From the NCBI GenBank assembly GCA_964291625.2, contig OZ220089.1, positions 1,376,001 to 1,440,000 of the forward strand: 64,000 nucleotides of DNA, in the 5' to 3' direction. Shown here one piece after another: positions 20,300-33,275 of this stretch (its first letter is position 1; the number at the start of each line of letters is the position of its first letter). The position numbers and the translations under genes were made by a program. The notes beneath the pieces are model-generated. The model worked only from the letters and a program-made list of their open reading frames with translations, had not been told where the DNA came from and did not search any database. The DNA is from Candidatus Latescibacterota bacterium. GTDB lineage: Bacteria; Latescibacterota; UBA2968; UBA8231.

Positions 20300-22143
20300 G
20301 CCGCCGACCCCGCCTTCAGCGGCTCGAGGGCGGCCCCGTACGAGGGCGTCCGGGCGAAGCGTCGCAGGCCGGCGCGCAGCAGGGTCCCCGCCGCCGGCGC
20401 CAGCTCCACCGCGAAGTGGCGGCCCCCGACCTGCAGGCTCTCCCCGCCGGCCTCCACCTGGGTGAACTCGTGCTCGCCGAAGGCGCCGGCCTGGACCAGC
20501 ACCCGGCGCCGCTCCCGCCCGGTGTTCACCAGCCGCAGGTCCACCGAATCGGCGGAGAGTCCCTCGACAAGGCAGGCCACATCGGGCGGCAGGCCCGGCC
20601 GGCGGCGGTCCAGGTCGAAGTGGCGCACCGTGGCGCGCAGGAGGCCGCCGTTGTAGACGGTCTGGGGCGCCCCCGTGGTCACCTGGGTCAGCCCCTTGGT
20701 GACCACCGGGTTCGGCGGCCACGTGCTCTCCCGCAGGAGGGTCTCGGGGTCTCGCTCCTCGGCGCGGATCCGCTCGAAGTGGCTCTCGCACCAAGCCAGC
20801 TCGGCGCCCAGGATCGCCTCGGGCCAGTCGGGGTTGCGGCCGTCGTAGTACTGGAACCGGGCGTATTCGGCCTGCTGGCTGCGGCGGTCGGGGAGGCTCT
20901 CGACGCGGTTCCAGTCGGCGCCGGGGTCGCCCTCGCGCAGGCGCTCGATCAGGCCGCGGTCGGCGGTGCTCATGGAGGCGTGATAGAGGTGGGCGAACTC
21001 CAGCAGCCGCGGCGGCGCCCACTCGGTCCAGCCCTCGGGCCCCATGCGCTTCGGGAACTCCAGCCGGCCCTCGGCGGTGGTGCGGGCCCTCTCGAGCAGC
21101 GCCAGCAGGGGCCTGCGCAGCAACTCCAGATAGCCGCTGTCCCCGGAGAGCAGCAGGGCGCACTCGGCGGCCACGGTGGGGCCTCCGAAGTTGATGTCCC
21201 CCGCCCACCGGCTCGTCCAGCCGTAGAGTCCGCCCCACCACTGGCCACGGCGCTGCTCCCCGACGCGCCCCGTGGGCCCGACGTTGTCGGGCAGCAGGCC
21301 GCCGTTGGTGTCGATGCGCTCGATCCAGGCCTGGACATAGTCGAGGACCCAGCGGCGGTAGCGGTCGTCCCCGGTGAACAGGAAGGCGTGGGTCACGAGG
21401 CCGGCGGCGGTCAGGTTGGTGGGCACGTCGCCGCCGAGGACGACACGGTCGAAGAGGTCGAGGATGCGGCGGCGGCGCTGCGGATCGTCGGGCCAGTCCT
21501 CCTCCAGGTCCCGCACGAAGGGGTGGAGGGAGGCGCGCAGGGCGGCGCTGGCCGGATCGCTGCGGTAGCGGGAGGTGAGGTGGGCCCGGGCGAGATCGAC
21601 GCGGTCCCGGGCGCTCGTCAGGGGGCCGGCGCTCGACGGGAAGGGCGAGCGGAAGACGCGGTGTCCGGCGTCGTAGTTGGCCTCGCCGATCATGAGGTCG
21701 GCGAAGCGGGCGGCCCTGTCGCGGAAGGCGGCCGAGTCCGGCTCGGAGAGGGCCAGCTCGTAGAGGGACTGGTTGCCCTCCCCCTGGTGGAACCACTCGA
21801 AGGGGACGGCGAGGTTGTAGTACTCGTCCGTGAGCTGGGCGACGTACCTCGGGTGATCGCAGCCGGGGCCGGCGTCGTCGAAGAGGCGGGTGGTGGCCTC
21901 CCACTCGCGGCGGGCGATGCGGCGCAGGTCGTCGTCCCCGCCGAGGGCGTAGAGGGCGCCGCGGCCGGCGCGGGCCTCGTACCCGTCGTCCACGTCGTCG
22001 ACGAAGGTGGCGGTGCCGTCGGGAAGGCTGTAGCGGGCCGAGGCCTGCCGGGCGGCCTCGGACATGGTGGCCAGGAGCCGGCGCTGCAGCCGCGCCCAGG
22101 CCGGGGGCGCGCACGGCCGGGCCGCTTGTACGGTGGGAATCAA
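20296..22143 (-). CDS. Conserved hypothetical protein, 615 aa (possible alpha/alpha-toroid carbohydrate-active enzyme)
   Basis: Long ORF with typical codon usage and TTG start after a GGAG RBS; aromatic-rich motifs EWFHQGEG, PDNVGPTG, WWGGLYGW and QAGAFGEHEF. Confidence 0.7.
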   Translation of the reverse strand: MIPTVQAARPCAPPAWARLQRRLLATMSEAARQASARYSLPDGTATFVDDVDDGYEARAGRGALYALGGDDDLRRIARREWEATTRLFDDAGPGCDHPRYVAQLTDEYYNLAVPFEWFHQGEGNQSLYELALSEPDSAAFRDRAARFADLMIGEANYDAGHRVFRSPFPSSAGPLTSARDRVDLARAHLTSRYRSDPASAALRASLHPFVRDLEEDWPDDPQRRRRILDLFDRVVLGGDVPTNLTAAGLVTHAFLFTGDDRYRRWVLDYVQAWIERIDTNGGLLPDNVGPTGRVGEQRRGQWWGGLYGWTSRWAGDINFGGPTVAAECALLLSGDSGYLELLRRPLLALLERARTTAEGRLEFPKRMGPEGWTEWAPPRLLEFAHLYHASMSTADRGLIERLREGDPGADWNRVESLPDRRSQQAEYARFQYYDGRNPDWPEAILGAELAWCESHFERIRAEERDPETLLRESTWPPNPVVTKGLTQVTTGAPQTVYNGGLLRATVRHFDLDRRRPGLPPDVACLVEGLSADSVDLRLVNTGRERRRVLVQAGAFGEHEFTQVEAGGESLQVGGRHFAVELAPAAGTLLRAGLRRFARTPSYGAALEPLKAGSAA

Positions 22144-22221
22144 GGGGTTCTGCTCCTTTGACGGATCAGGGCGGGACCGCTAATTCTACGTCCACCCCGC
22201 CACCGGAGAGGATCCCCGCAA

Positions 22222-23364
22222 ATGAAATACGACCTGCTCATCGAGAACGGCACCCTCGTCGACCCCGCTCAGGGGATCCACGACCGCCGCGACGTGGCCT
22301 TCGCCAATGGCGCCGTGGCCGAGGTGGGGGCGGACCTGCCCGCCGGCGAGGCCCGGGCGGTGATCGACGCCGGGGGCCGCTACGTGACCCCGGGGTGGAT
22401 CGACGTGCACGTCCACGTCTTCCCCGACGTCACCCACTACGGCATCGAGCCGGACCCCACCTGCCTGGCCCGGGGCGCCACCACCGTGGTCGACGCCGGC
22501 TCGGCCGGGGCCGACATCTTCCCCGGCTTCCGCAAGTTCGTCATCGAGGCGGCCCGGACCCGCATCCTGGCGGAGCTGAACATCTCCTCCCAGGGCATGA
22601 TCACCTCGAAGGTGGGCGAGCTGTCCCTGCTGGACCTGGCCGACGTCGAGGCCTGCCGCCGCATGATCGAGGCCAACCGCGACCTGCTCATCGGCGTCAA
22701 GGCGCGGCTCACGAGGAACACCATCGTCGGCGAGGAGGCCGGCCTGGAGCCCCTGCACCGGGCCCGGGAGGCGGCCGACGCCGTGGGCCTGCCGATCATG
22801 ATCCACCCCCAGGCCGCCTGGTGCGAGACCCTCGACGACATCCTGGCGGTGATGAAGAAGGACGACATCCTCACCCACTGCTTCCACAACTCCACCTGCG
22901 GCATCCTCGACGACGGCGGCCGCGTGCGCCCCGCGGTGCGCGAAGCGATCGAGCGCGGCGTCCTCCTCGACGTGGGCCACGGCGCCGGCTCGTTCTCCTG
23001 GCCGGTGGTGGAGGCGGCCCTGGAGCAGGGCGTGCTGCCCCACACGATCTCCTCCGACCTGCACGTCTACAACCTCCACGGGCCCGTGTACGACCTGGCC
23101 AACGTGATGACCAAGTTCCTGCACCTGGGCCTGCCCCTCGACGACGTCATCGCCATGGTGACCAGCGTGCCGGCGGCGTCGGTGCTGCGGCGCAACGATC
23201 TCGGCACCCTGGCCCCCGGAGCCGTGGGCGACGCCGTGGTCGCCGAGATGCAGGAGGGGAGCTTCCAGCTGGAGGACGCCCGCGGCGTGGCGCGCACGGG
23301 CGCGCGCAACCTCGAGCCGGTGGCGGTGGTGAAGGACGGGCGCGTCTACCGGCAGCGGGGGTGA
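22222..23364 (+). CDS. Amidohydrolase/deacetylase-family metallohydrolase (dihydroorotase-like)
   Basis: PGWIDVHVH, TTVVDAGS, GVKAR, THCF, DVGHG and ISSDLH motifs. Confidence 0.9.
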   Translation: MKYDLLIENGTLVDPAQGIHDRRDVAFANGAVAEVGADLPAGEARAVIDAGGRYVTPGWIDVHVHVFPDVTHYGIEPDPTCLARGATTVVDAGSAGADIFPGFRKFVIEAARTRILAELNISSQGMITSKVGELSLLDLADVEACRRMIEANRDLLIGVKARLTRNTIVGEEAGLEPLHRAREAADAVGLPIMIHPQAAWCETLDDILAVMKKDDILTHCFHNSTCGILDDGGRVRPAVREAIERGVLLDVGHGAGSFSWPVVEAALEQGVLPHTISSDLHVYNLHGPVYDLANVMTKFLHLGLPLDDVIAMVTSVPAASVLRRNDLGTLAPGAVGDAVVAEMQEGSFQLEDARGVARTGARNLEPVAVVKDGRVYRQRG

Positions 23365-23383
23365 CTCCCCCGGGGGCCGGCCC

Positions 23384-26052
<2,669 letters not shown>

Positions 26053-26053
<1 letters not shown>

Positions 26054-27438
26054 TGATGGAAACCCCCGGCCCGGAGGTGGACCCGAACGGGCCCCTGCCG
26101 CTGGATCACCCCTTCGTGGAAGCCGTGAGCCGCCTCGCCCTCGCAGGCGTCGCGGAGATGTTGACAGCGGACCCAGGCCTCGCCGACGCGGACCTGCACG
26201 GTAGGGCGTGGATCGGCGGCCCGAGACGGACCGCGGCCGGGTGGGAGCGGGCCCCGGACCAGACGAGCCGCGCCGTGCACCTGGCCGCCTACGGCCACGC
26301 CGGCCTGTTGCGGCTGCTCATCGCACACGGCGCCGATGTCGACGCCCTGGGGTACGAGGGCAACCACGGCTGGGCGCCGCCCCTGGTGCTGGCCTGCTGG
26401 GAGGGCACGGCCGAGACGGTGCGCCTGCTGCTGGAGGCGGGAGCGGACCCGAACCTCCCGTCCCGTCCGGGGGGCTCGGCCCTGCACGCGGCGATCAACC
26501 ACTACGACGCCGAGAAGATCGAGCTGCTCCTGCGGCACGGGGCCCGGCACGACCTCTACTCGGCGGCGGCGGTGGGCGACCTGGAGGAGGTCGAGAGGCA
26601 GCTGGCCGCCGGCGACGGGCTCCTCGACCGCCGCGACGACCTGCGGGGCCGGACCCCGCTGGAGTGGGCCGTCTTCAACCGCCGGGAGAGGGTCGCCGAG
26701 CACCTCCTCGAAGCGGGAGCCGAGGCGAGCCCCCAGGTCTTCGTCGGCCTGGGGAAGCTCGACGAGGTGCGGCAACTCGCCCAAGCCGACCCCGGGTTCG
26801 TCAACCGGCCCCTGGACCCGGAGCGGGAACCGCCCCTGATGCACGCCCTCCGCCGCCGCGACCTGGAGATGGTGAAACTGCTCCTGGGCCTCGGGGCCGA
26901 TCCAGACTCCGGCGGCTGGGAGCCCGGCGCCGACGCCGAGTCCCAAGGCCGGGACGGGATCCCCCTGACCTTCTGGCGCGGGCAGTCGCCCCTGGCCCGG
27001 GCGGGGGACCCCGCCTTCGCCGAGATCCTGATCGACGCCGGCGCCGACGTGAACGGGGAGTTCATCCCCGGCCGCTCGCTCCTCTTCCACTACCTGCGGC
27101 ACGGACGGCTCGACGTGGCCCGGCTCCTACTGCGCCGCGGGGCCGACCCCGACCGCCTCGGCAGGAGCCGCGGCGGCACCACGACCCTGCAGTCCCTCGT
27201 CGCCCCCGACGGCGTCGAGGCGCGGGAGCTCGCCCGCAGAGGGGAGCACATCCCGGCCATGGAGCTGCTCCTCGACCACGGCGCCGGCGTCAACACCCTG
27301 TCGGCGGAGGGCCTGACCGCCCTCGACTACGCCCTGGAGACGGACTCCGGCCCGGTGGCGGACTTCCTGCGGCAGCGGGGCGGACGACGCGCCAGGGACC
27401 TCGACACGCAAAAAGGGGAACCATGGACAACAAGCTGA
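26053..27438 (+). CDS. Ankyrin-repeat protein (ANK1)
   Basis: Repeated TPLxxA...LLxxGADPN units; TGATG overlap with the aceE stop. Confidence 0.88.
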
Positions 27439-28569
27439 CCCGCGCCTTCGAGAGCCGGGAGGGCCGCAAGCTCACGGACCGGGAGCTGCAGTTCCTGCAC
27501 GCCGCAGGCCACGGCGGGGACGGGCGAGGCCGGGGCGCAACCTGCGATGTCGGCCGAATGCGCGCACTGCTGGGCGAACAGCCGTCCCTGCTCGACGCCA
27601 TCGGACCGGTCGCCCTCAACTGGGCCGTCCGCTGCGACAGCTACGACGCGGTCCGACTCCTCCTCGATGGCGGGGTCCGGGAGCTGTACGACAGTCACAC
27701 CGAGAGGCCGCGAGAGGAGCAGCACGAGCCGATCACCCACGCCTTCTACGTGGGCATGGGAGAGAACGCGGAGCTGGACGCGGAGCAGGTGACGCGGGCC
27801 GGGCGGTTCCGGACCCTGCGGACCCTGTTCGACGCGGGCATCGCCGACGCCTCGGTCATCTCCACCTCCCACGTCGGGTGGCCCGGCAACACCTCCCTGC
27901 TCTACTGGGCGGTCTACCCGGCGGCTGGAGTTCTCGGAGTTCGCCCTCGAGTACGGCGCCGATCCCGAGGCGCCGATCTCCGGGAACGGGGAGCGCGGCA
28001 CGACGGTGCTGCAGCACGCGGTGGCGCCGCCCTTCGACGGGGCCAGCGCGCCATGGGACAGCCTCGAGAGATGGAAGCGAGGGATGCGGTACGCCGAGTT
28101 CCTGCTCTCCCATGGCGCCTTCTACGACATCTACTCGGCCTGCGGTCGCGACGATCTCGAACGCGTCCGCACCCTGGCCGCCGGCGACCCCGGCGCGGTC
28201 ACACGCCCGGGAGAGGCCGACATGACTCCCCTGCACTGGGCGGCACGGGCCGACGCCGGCCGGTGCACGCAGTGGCTGCTGGCCCGGGGCGCGGATGTGA
28301 ACGCCGAGACGGTCTCGCGCCGCACGGCGCTGCACCTGGTGGCGGAGTGGGGGCTCACCGAGATGATCTGGCTGCTGGCGGGTCACGGGGCCGATCTGAA
28401 TTCGCAGGACACCAAAGGCCGGACGCCCCTGCACCGGGCCGCCTATCTGGGCCAGGTCGAGGCGGCGGAGGCCCTCATCGTGCTCGGCGCCGACACCCGT
28501 CTGGAGACGCGCACGGGCAAGACGGCCCTCCAGTCGGCGCGTTTCGACTGCAAGTTCCTGAAGGACTGA
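27423..28569 (+). pseudogene. Ankyrin-repeat protein (ANK2) with a +1 frameshift near 27917-27921
   Basis: The frame from ATG 27423 matches paralog 28574-29692 up to SLLYWAVY. Homology then continues in the +1 frame (RLEFSEFALEYGADP...ARFDCKFLKD). One extra C in TACCCGG explains the shift. Confidence 0.8.
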
Positions 28570-28573
28570 GAGA

Positions 28574-29692
28574 GTGGCTACGGACGACTCCTACCTGCTT
28601 GCCAAGATGGAGGGCGCCTTCCAGCTGCGCGAAGGCCGCGGCATGACCGACCGCGAGCGGCAGTTCGCCATCGCCTCCGCCCATGACGCCGCCGACGAGT
28701 GCCACGCCACCTGCGACGTTGACCGGATGAGGTCCCTCCTCCGGGAGCAGCCGTCGCTCCTCGACACGGTCGGCTCCCTCGCCCTGTCGATGGCCGCCAC
28801 CTATCACGGCACCCACGACGCCGTCGTCTTCCTCCTCGAGCGCGGCGTGCGCACCCTCTACGACTGCGAGACCGGGCTGGCCGGCAAGGGAAATCACGAG
28901 GCGGTCTCGGGGGCCTTCTACTGCGGGAACTTCCAGACCCTGCGGACCCTCTTCGAGGCGGGCGTCACCGACGCCTCCTTCGCCAACATGCCGTGGGTCT
29001 CCTGGCCCCACAAGACGACCCTGCTCCGCATGTCGATCTACCGGCCCCTGGAGTACGCGCGCTTCGCCCTCGAGCACGGGGTCGACCCCGACGAGGAGCT
29101 CCCCTTCAACGAGGAGAGCGGCCGCACGGCCCTGCAGAACGCGGTGGCCCCTCCCATGGGCGGGGGGTGCCTGCCCTGGCACAACCCGGAGCGCTGGGCC
29201 CAGGGGATGAGGTTCGCGGAGTTCCTGCTCTCGGAGGGGGCGTACTACGACATCTTCTCCGCCTGCGGCCGCGGCGACCTCGACCGGCTGCGGACCCTGG
29301 CCGCCGAGGACCCGGCGCTGATCGAAACCCGGGGCGCCGCCGACCTGACCCCCCTGCACTGGGCGGTGCGCGGCAAGTCCCCCGAATGCTCGAGGTGGCT
29401 GCTGGACCACGGCGCCGACGTGAACGCCGAGTCGCTCACCGGCCGCCCGGCCCTGCACATCGCCGCCGAGTGGGGACTCGACGACATGGTCTGGCTCCTC
29501 GCCGGGTACGGCGCCGATCTGGATCCGCAGGACAGGAAGGGGCGGACGCCCCTCCATCGCGCCACCTACCTCGGCGAGGTCGAGGCGGCGGAGGCGCTCA
29601 TCGTGCTGGGAGCCGACACGCGGCTCCGGACCCGCGGCGGCAAGACGGCGATCGAGCTGGCGCGGCTCGGCTGCAAGTACTTGAAGCCGTAG
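28574..29692 (+). CDS. Ankyrin-repeat protein (ANK3)
   Basis: TPLHWAV, PALHIAA and TPLHRAT repeats; paralog of ANK2. Confidence 0.88.
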   Translation: MATDDSYLLAKMEGAFQLREGRGMTDRERQFAIASAHDAADECHATCDVDRMRSLLREQPSLLDTVGSLALSMAATYHGTHDAVVFLLERGVRTLYDCETGLAGKGNHEAVSGAFYCGNFQTLRTLFEAGVTDASFANMPWVSWPHKTTLLRMSIYRPLEYARFALEHGVDPDEELPFNEESGRTALQNAVAPPMGGGCLPWHNPERWAQGMRFAEFLLSEGAYYDIFSACGRGDLDRLRTLAAEDPALIETRGAADLTPLHWAVRGKSPECSRWLLDHGADVNAESLTGRPALHIAAEWGLDDMVWLLAGYGADLDPQDRKGRTPLHRATYLGEVEAAEALIVLGADTRLRTRGGKTAIELARLGCKYLKP

Positions 29693-29709
29693 CCGTAACC
29701 GGCCATCGC

Positions 29710-29738
29710 TTGACCGATCTGAAGCGGGTGTCTACGCT
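29710..29738 (+). promoter_or_regulatory. Sigma70-type promoter TTGACC-17bp-TACGCT
   Basis: -35 at 29710-29715 and -10 at 29733-29738, with an ATG 6 nt downstream (leaderless geometry). The same -10 hexamer occurs in the dinJ promoter. Confidence 0.6.
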
Positions 29739-29744
29739 GAATTC

Positions 29745-29789
29745 ATGGCGACATTGGACCGGATCACCATCGAGTCCGACACCTCGTGA
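29745..29789 (+). pseudogene. 14-aa stub resembling the N-terminus of a DUF433 antitoxin
   Basis: Translates as MATLDRITIESDTS*. LDRITI resembles the usual DUF433 start (..RITxDP..GKPxIRG), and the rest is missing. Confidence 0.4.
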
Positions 29790-29857
29790 TATGCGGGATA
29801 CATTGATTTTGTGAATCCGAAGTTCATGACAACCCGTTCACCATGAAGGGAAACGCG

Positions 29858-30889
29858 ATGCGACTCAACCTCAAAGCAGCGCCGGCCCTTGCCGTTCTGG
29901 CATTGGTCATGTTGGCGAGCGGGGCTGCCAGGGCCCAGACGACCGCCGACCAGGTCGTGGACAATGAAACCCTCAAGGCCTTTGTCGAAGGGGCGAAGGC
30001 GGAAATCGAGGCGATCACGGACGTAAACGAAGGAGCGAAGCTCAGGGACAGGCTGAGGACGGAGGGCCCCTGGAAGTCCGGATCGATGTTCCTCATCATC
30101 TTCCTCAAGAGCGGGGAACCGTTCATCCACGGGAACGACCGCGAGGCGGAGAGCAAGAATCTGATCGGCGTCGAGGACGACAACGGACTCAAGGTCGTCG
30201 AGGAACTCCTCGCGGCCGCTGCCGGAGGCGGCGGTTTCGTCGAATACCACGACGGGGAGGCGAAGACGGCATACGCGGTGGAATACACCTCCGGGATCAC
30301 CGGAAGACAGTTCGTGCTGGTCGGCGGCTACTCGCAGGACGTCTCCCATGTCGCAATCCAGACCGCAGATCTGCCGAAGCCCGCCGTCACCGCATCGCAG
30401 GTCGTGGACCGCGAGACACTCATCACCTTCGTCGAGGAAGCGGCCAAGGTGTACGCCGAAGCCGTCCAGTCCGAAGGCTACAGCGCCCTCACCGGGATCA
30501 GAAACGCCTTCCGGGTGGAAGGAGGGGACTGGAAGTCAGGCTCCATTTATCTGTGGGTCGTCAGTGGCTCGGGCATCATCCTGTTTCACGCAACCGAGCC
30601 GTTCCGCGAAGGCAAGGAAACAGACCTGACGAGGACGGATATCAACGGAGTGCGGTTCGCCGAGGAGCTGATCGAAGGTGCGCGGCGCGAGGGTCGGAGG
30701 TTCCTGCAGTACTACTACGACGACCCCACCATCGAGGGAGACGAGGACACCGGTTCGCCGAAGCTCGGTTACGCGGTGGGCTTCTCGGTGGCCAACTCGG
30801 ACCAGAAGGCCGTCATCGGCTCCGGCATCTATCTGGCAGGACAGACGAATGTCGCGCCCATGTCGTGGGGTAGCTTGAAAGGGCACTAG
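29858..30889 (+). CDS. Secreted tandem Cache-domain-like protein with a C-terminal SWGxLK motif
   Basis: Signal peptide ending ARA-Q; two repeats (WKSGSMFL..HG..DDNG / WKSGSIYL..HA..DING) of single-Cache type; ends TNVAPMSWGSLKGH. Start is 29843 or 29858. Confidence 0.72.
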   Translation: MRLNLKAAPALAVLALVMLASGAARAQTTADQVVDNETLKAFVEGAKAEIEAITDVNEGAKLRDRLRTEGPWKSGSMFLIIFLKSGEPFIHGNDREAESKNLIGVEDDNGLKVVEELLAAAAGGGGFVEYHDGEAKTAYAVEYTSGITGRQFVLVGGYSQDVSHVAIQTADLPKPAVTASQVVDRETLITFVEEAAKVYAEAVQSEGYSALTGIRNAFRVEGGDWKSGSIYLWVVSGSGIILFHATEPFREGKETDLTRTDINGVRFAEELIEGARREGRRFLQYYYDDPTIEGDEDTGSPKLGYAVGFSVANSDQKAVIGSGIYLAGQTNVAPMSWGSLKGH

Positions 30890-30916
30890 ACAACGCGAGA
30901 GGGGATCAGCATCGCC

Positions 30917-31984
30917 ATGGACCGCAGAGAGACCGCCGCCTTCTGGAGACAGGCCTGGATGTCGGAGCACGAACGCCCGCTGACACCGGCCGAGGAGGAG
31001 TTCGTGGACGCCGCCGTTCGCCACACCTCCGACCGCTGGAGCGGCGAGTGCGACGTGGAGCGCATGGCGGCCCTCGTGGAGCGCCATCCCTCGCTGCTGG
31101 AGACGATCGGACCCGCGGTGCTCAACATCGCCGCCTTCCGCCGCGGCTGCGCGCCGGCCCTGGAGTTCCTCCTCGACCGGGGGCTGGTGTTCTCGGTGAA
31201 GGAGTCCGAGTACGGCATCGTCCACGAGGCCGCCTGGGCGGTCTCCACCGACAACCTGCGCATCCTTCTCGAGCGCGGCATGGCCGACCCGAAGAGCACC
31301 TCGAACCCGCACACCGGCTGGCCCGACAACGTCTCCCTCCTCTACTGGCCGGCGGCCCTCCACAACGTGGGCGGACGGGACGGCGAGCCCCTCACCCGGC
31401 TGCTGCTGGAGCACGGCGCCGACCCCGAGGTGAGGTTCAAGGGCAACGGCGAGCGCGGATGCACGGCCCTGCAGGAAGCCTGCGTCTACGGCCGGAGCAA
31501 CCGCGACGGAATCGCCCAGGCCCTGATCGAACACGGCGCCCACTACGACGCCTTCTCCGCCAGCGCCCGGGACGACCTTGACCGCCTGCGCGAGTGCGCA
31601 CGGGAAGAGCCTGACGTGGCGCAATCCCTTGGAGAGGCGGAGATGACCCCCCTCCACTGGGCCGCACGCGCCGGGGCCTTGCGCTGCGGCAAGTGGCTTC
31701 TGAACCACGGCGCGGATGTCGACGCTCAGACCGTCTCCGGGCGGACCCCCCTGCACATGGCCGGCGGCGCCCGGATGCTGTGGCTGCTGGCCGGGAAGGG
31801 CGCGGACCTGAACGCCCAGGACCGGAAGGGCCGCACGCCGTTGCACCAGGCGATGTACGGGGGAGACCTCGAGAAGGCGGAGGTGCTGATCGTGCTCGGC
31901 GCCGATGTGCGCGTCCCCAACCGCCGGGGGAAGACGCCGCTGGAGGTGGCGCGGAAGGACTGCCTGTTCTTCAAGCGAGGGTAA
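30917..31984 (+). CDS. Ankyrin-repeat protein A1 (ANK4)
   Basis: TPLHWAA, TPLHMA and TPLHQA repeats; near-identical paralog at 41415-42503. Confidence 0.9.
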   Translation: MDRRETAAFWRQAWMSEHERPLTPAEEEFVDAAVRHTSDRWSGECDVERMAALVERHPSLLETIGPAVLNIAAFRRGCAPALEFLLDRGLVFSVKESEYGIVHEAAWAVSTDNLRILLERGMADPKSTSNPHTGWPDNVSLLYWPAALHNVGGRDGEPLTRLLLEHGADPEVRFKGNGERGCTALQEACVYGRSNRDGIAQALIEHGAHYDAFSASARDDLDRLRECAREEPDVAQSLGEAEMTPLHWAARAGALRCGKWLLNHGADVDAQTVSGRTPLHMAGGARMLWLLAGKGADLNAQDRKGRTPLHQAMYGGDLEKAEVLIVLGADVRVPNRRGKTPLEVARKDCLFFKRG

Positions 31985-31994
31985 GGGAATCGCG

Positions 31995-33275
31995 ATGTTC
32001 TTCACTTTGGAAGACCCCAACGCCAGGATCAAGGGTTCACGGGATCCCCTTGGCATGCAGCCCATCTGGACAGCATTCGGACGGCACGTCGTCACGAATC
32101 TCACAACCCAGACAAACTCCACACGCGGCTTTACGATCCTGCTTCTGGGACGCTACCTCGCCGAGCGAGCGATCGAGGACGGCCGGATCGGTCGCGAACT
32201 GGCGCTTGATGCCTTCCTGCGCTTCGAGCAGATCGGGGCGTACGTGCGTTACATAGCACACGACGCGGCAGGAGACATCCGCGGCATCGACCGAGTACGA
32301 TCCAGGCTTGACGAGCACCGCGGATTGGTCCCGATTCGAGCGGACTCCGATGGATTCATTCTCGGCGATCAGCGAGTCAACGGACTGTGGGGGTTATTCT
32401 CGGTTTCGGCCCGGGTGTCTCGCCTCATCCCGGATGGCCCCATCGGATTGACACCCGAGGCGACAGCCTTCATCGAACGCGCATATCTGCCGATCTTGGA
32501 GCCCACCATGGAGCGACTGCTGCGGCTTGTCGCGCGGGATGGGCGGCTCGATACCCGTAAGCCCGATGCGATCTTCTCGGCCCTGAGCGAGGTGTTGTCG
32601 GAGTCGTTCACGGTAGAAGAGCAACACTTCTACGGTGAGCATCTTCGCGACGGCCTCCACGTCAAGGGAGCGGAATCCGGCCGCCAGCGGACCTTCCGGG
32701 AGTTGCTCGTCCAGCACACCGAACTAACCCCGCCGACCGACCGCAGCGAAATCGTGCAATTGCAGGGAGCCGCTCGCTCGGTGGATGACGACCTCGCAAG
32801 TCGCCTTGATCAGATTGCCCGGATCGAAGCCGTGCTCGCCCCTGCCATGTCACTCTTCGACTTCATGCTTACATGCCACCACCGACAACTAAGCGACATG
32901 GCGGAAGAGCTCAGAGATCGTTGGGGGGATGCGGTCCCGTTCATCGACGTGGAGAAGAATCAAGACTTGCTCGCCGGCGTCGGCTTGGTTTGGTCCGAGG
33001 CAGTTCTCGGATGCTTCGAACGCTGCCTGCGGGGGCTTTCCGCCGGAGACTACTTGGAAGTCTTGGGGGCGTTGCTCGAGTGGCACAAGAGCATCATGGA
33101 CAGCAGGGGCGGCGCATCATGGGTGCAGATCAGGGAGGACGGGTCGCTGGACGTGAGATACCGAGGAGCGGACGAGAGATTGCCGTCCAGGGATGAACTG
33201 CCTCAATTGTGGCGGAACGGATACTTCATCGATTCCCTGAAGGACATCACCCGGCAACTTGGCAACGCGGCATGA
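31995..33275 (+). CDS. Hypothetical protein, DUF6361-like; first gene of a candidate defence operon
   Basis: N-terminal GSRDPLG...NLTTQTNSTRGF resembles the D[E/P]LG...TxxTRxRYF signature of proteins found beside PLD-helicase pairs; AT-richer codon usage than its neighbours. Confidence 0.6.
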   Translation: MFFTLEDPNARIKGSRDPLGMQPIWTAFGRHVVTNLTTQTNSTRGFTILLLGRYLAERAIEDGRIGRELALDAFLRFEQIGAYVRYIAHDAAGDIRGIDRVRSRLDEHRGLVPIRADSDGFILGDQRVNGLWGLFSVSARVSRLIPDGPIGLTPEATAFIERAYLPILEPTMERLLRLVARDGRLDTRKPDAIFSALSEVLSESFTVEEQHFYGEHLRDGLHVKGAESGRQRTFRELLVQHTELTPPTDRSEIVQLQGAARSVDDDLASRLDQIARIEAVLAPAMSLFDFMLTCHHRQLSDMAEELRDRWGDAVPFIDVEKNQDLLAGVGLVWSEAVLGCFERCLRGLSAGDYLEVLGALLEWHKSIMDSRGGASWVQIREDGSLDVRYRGADERLPSRDELPQLWRNGYFIDSLKDITRQLGNAA

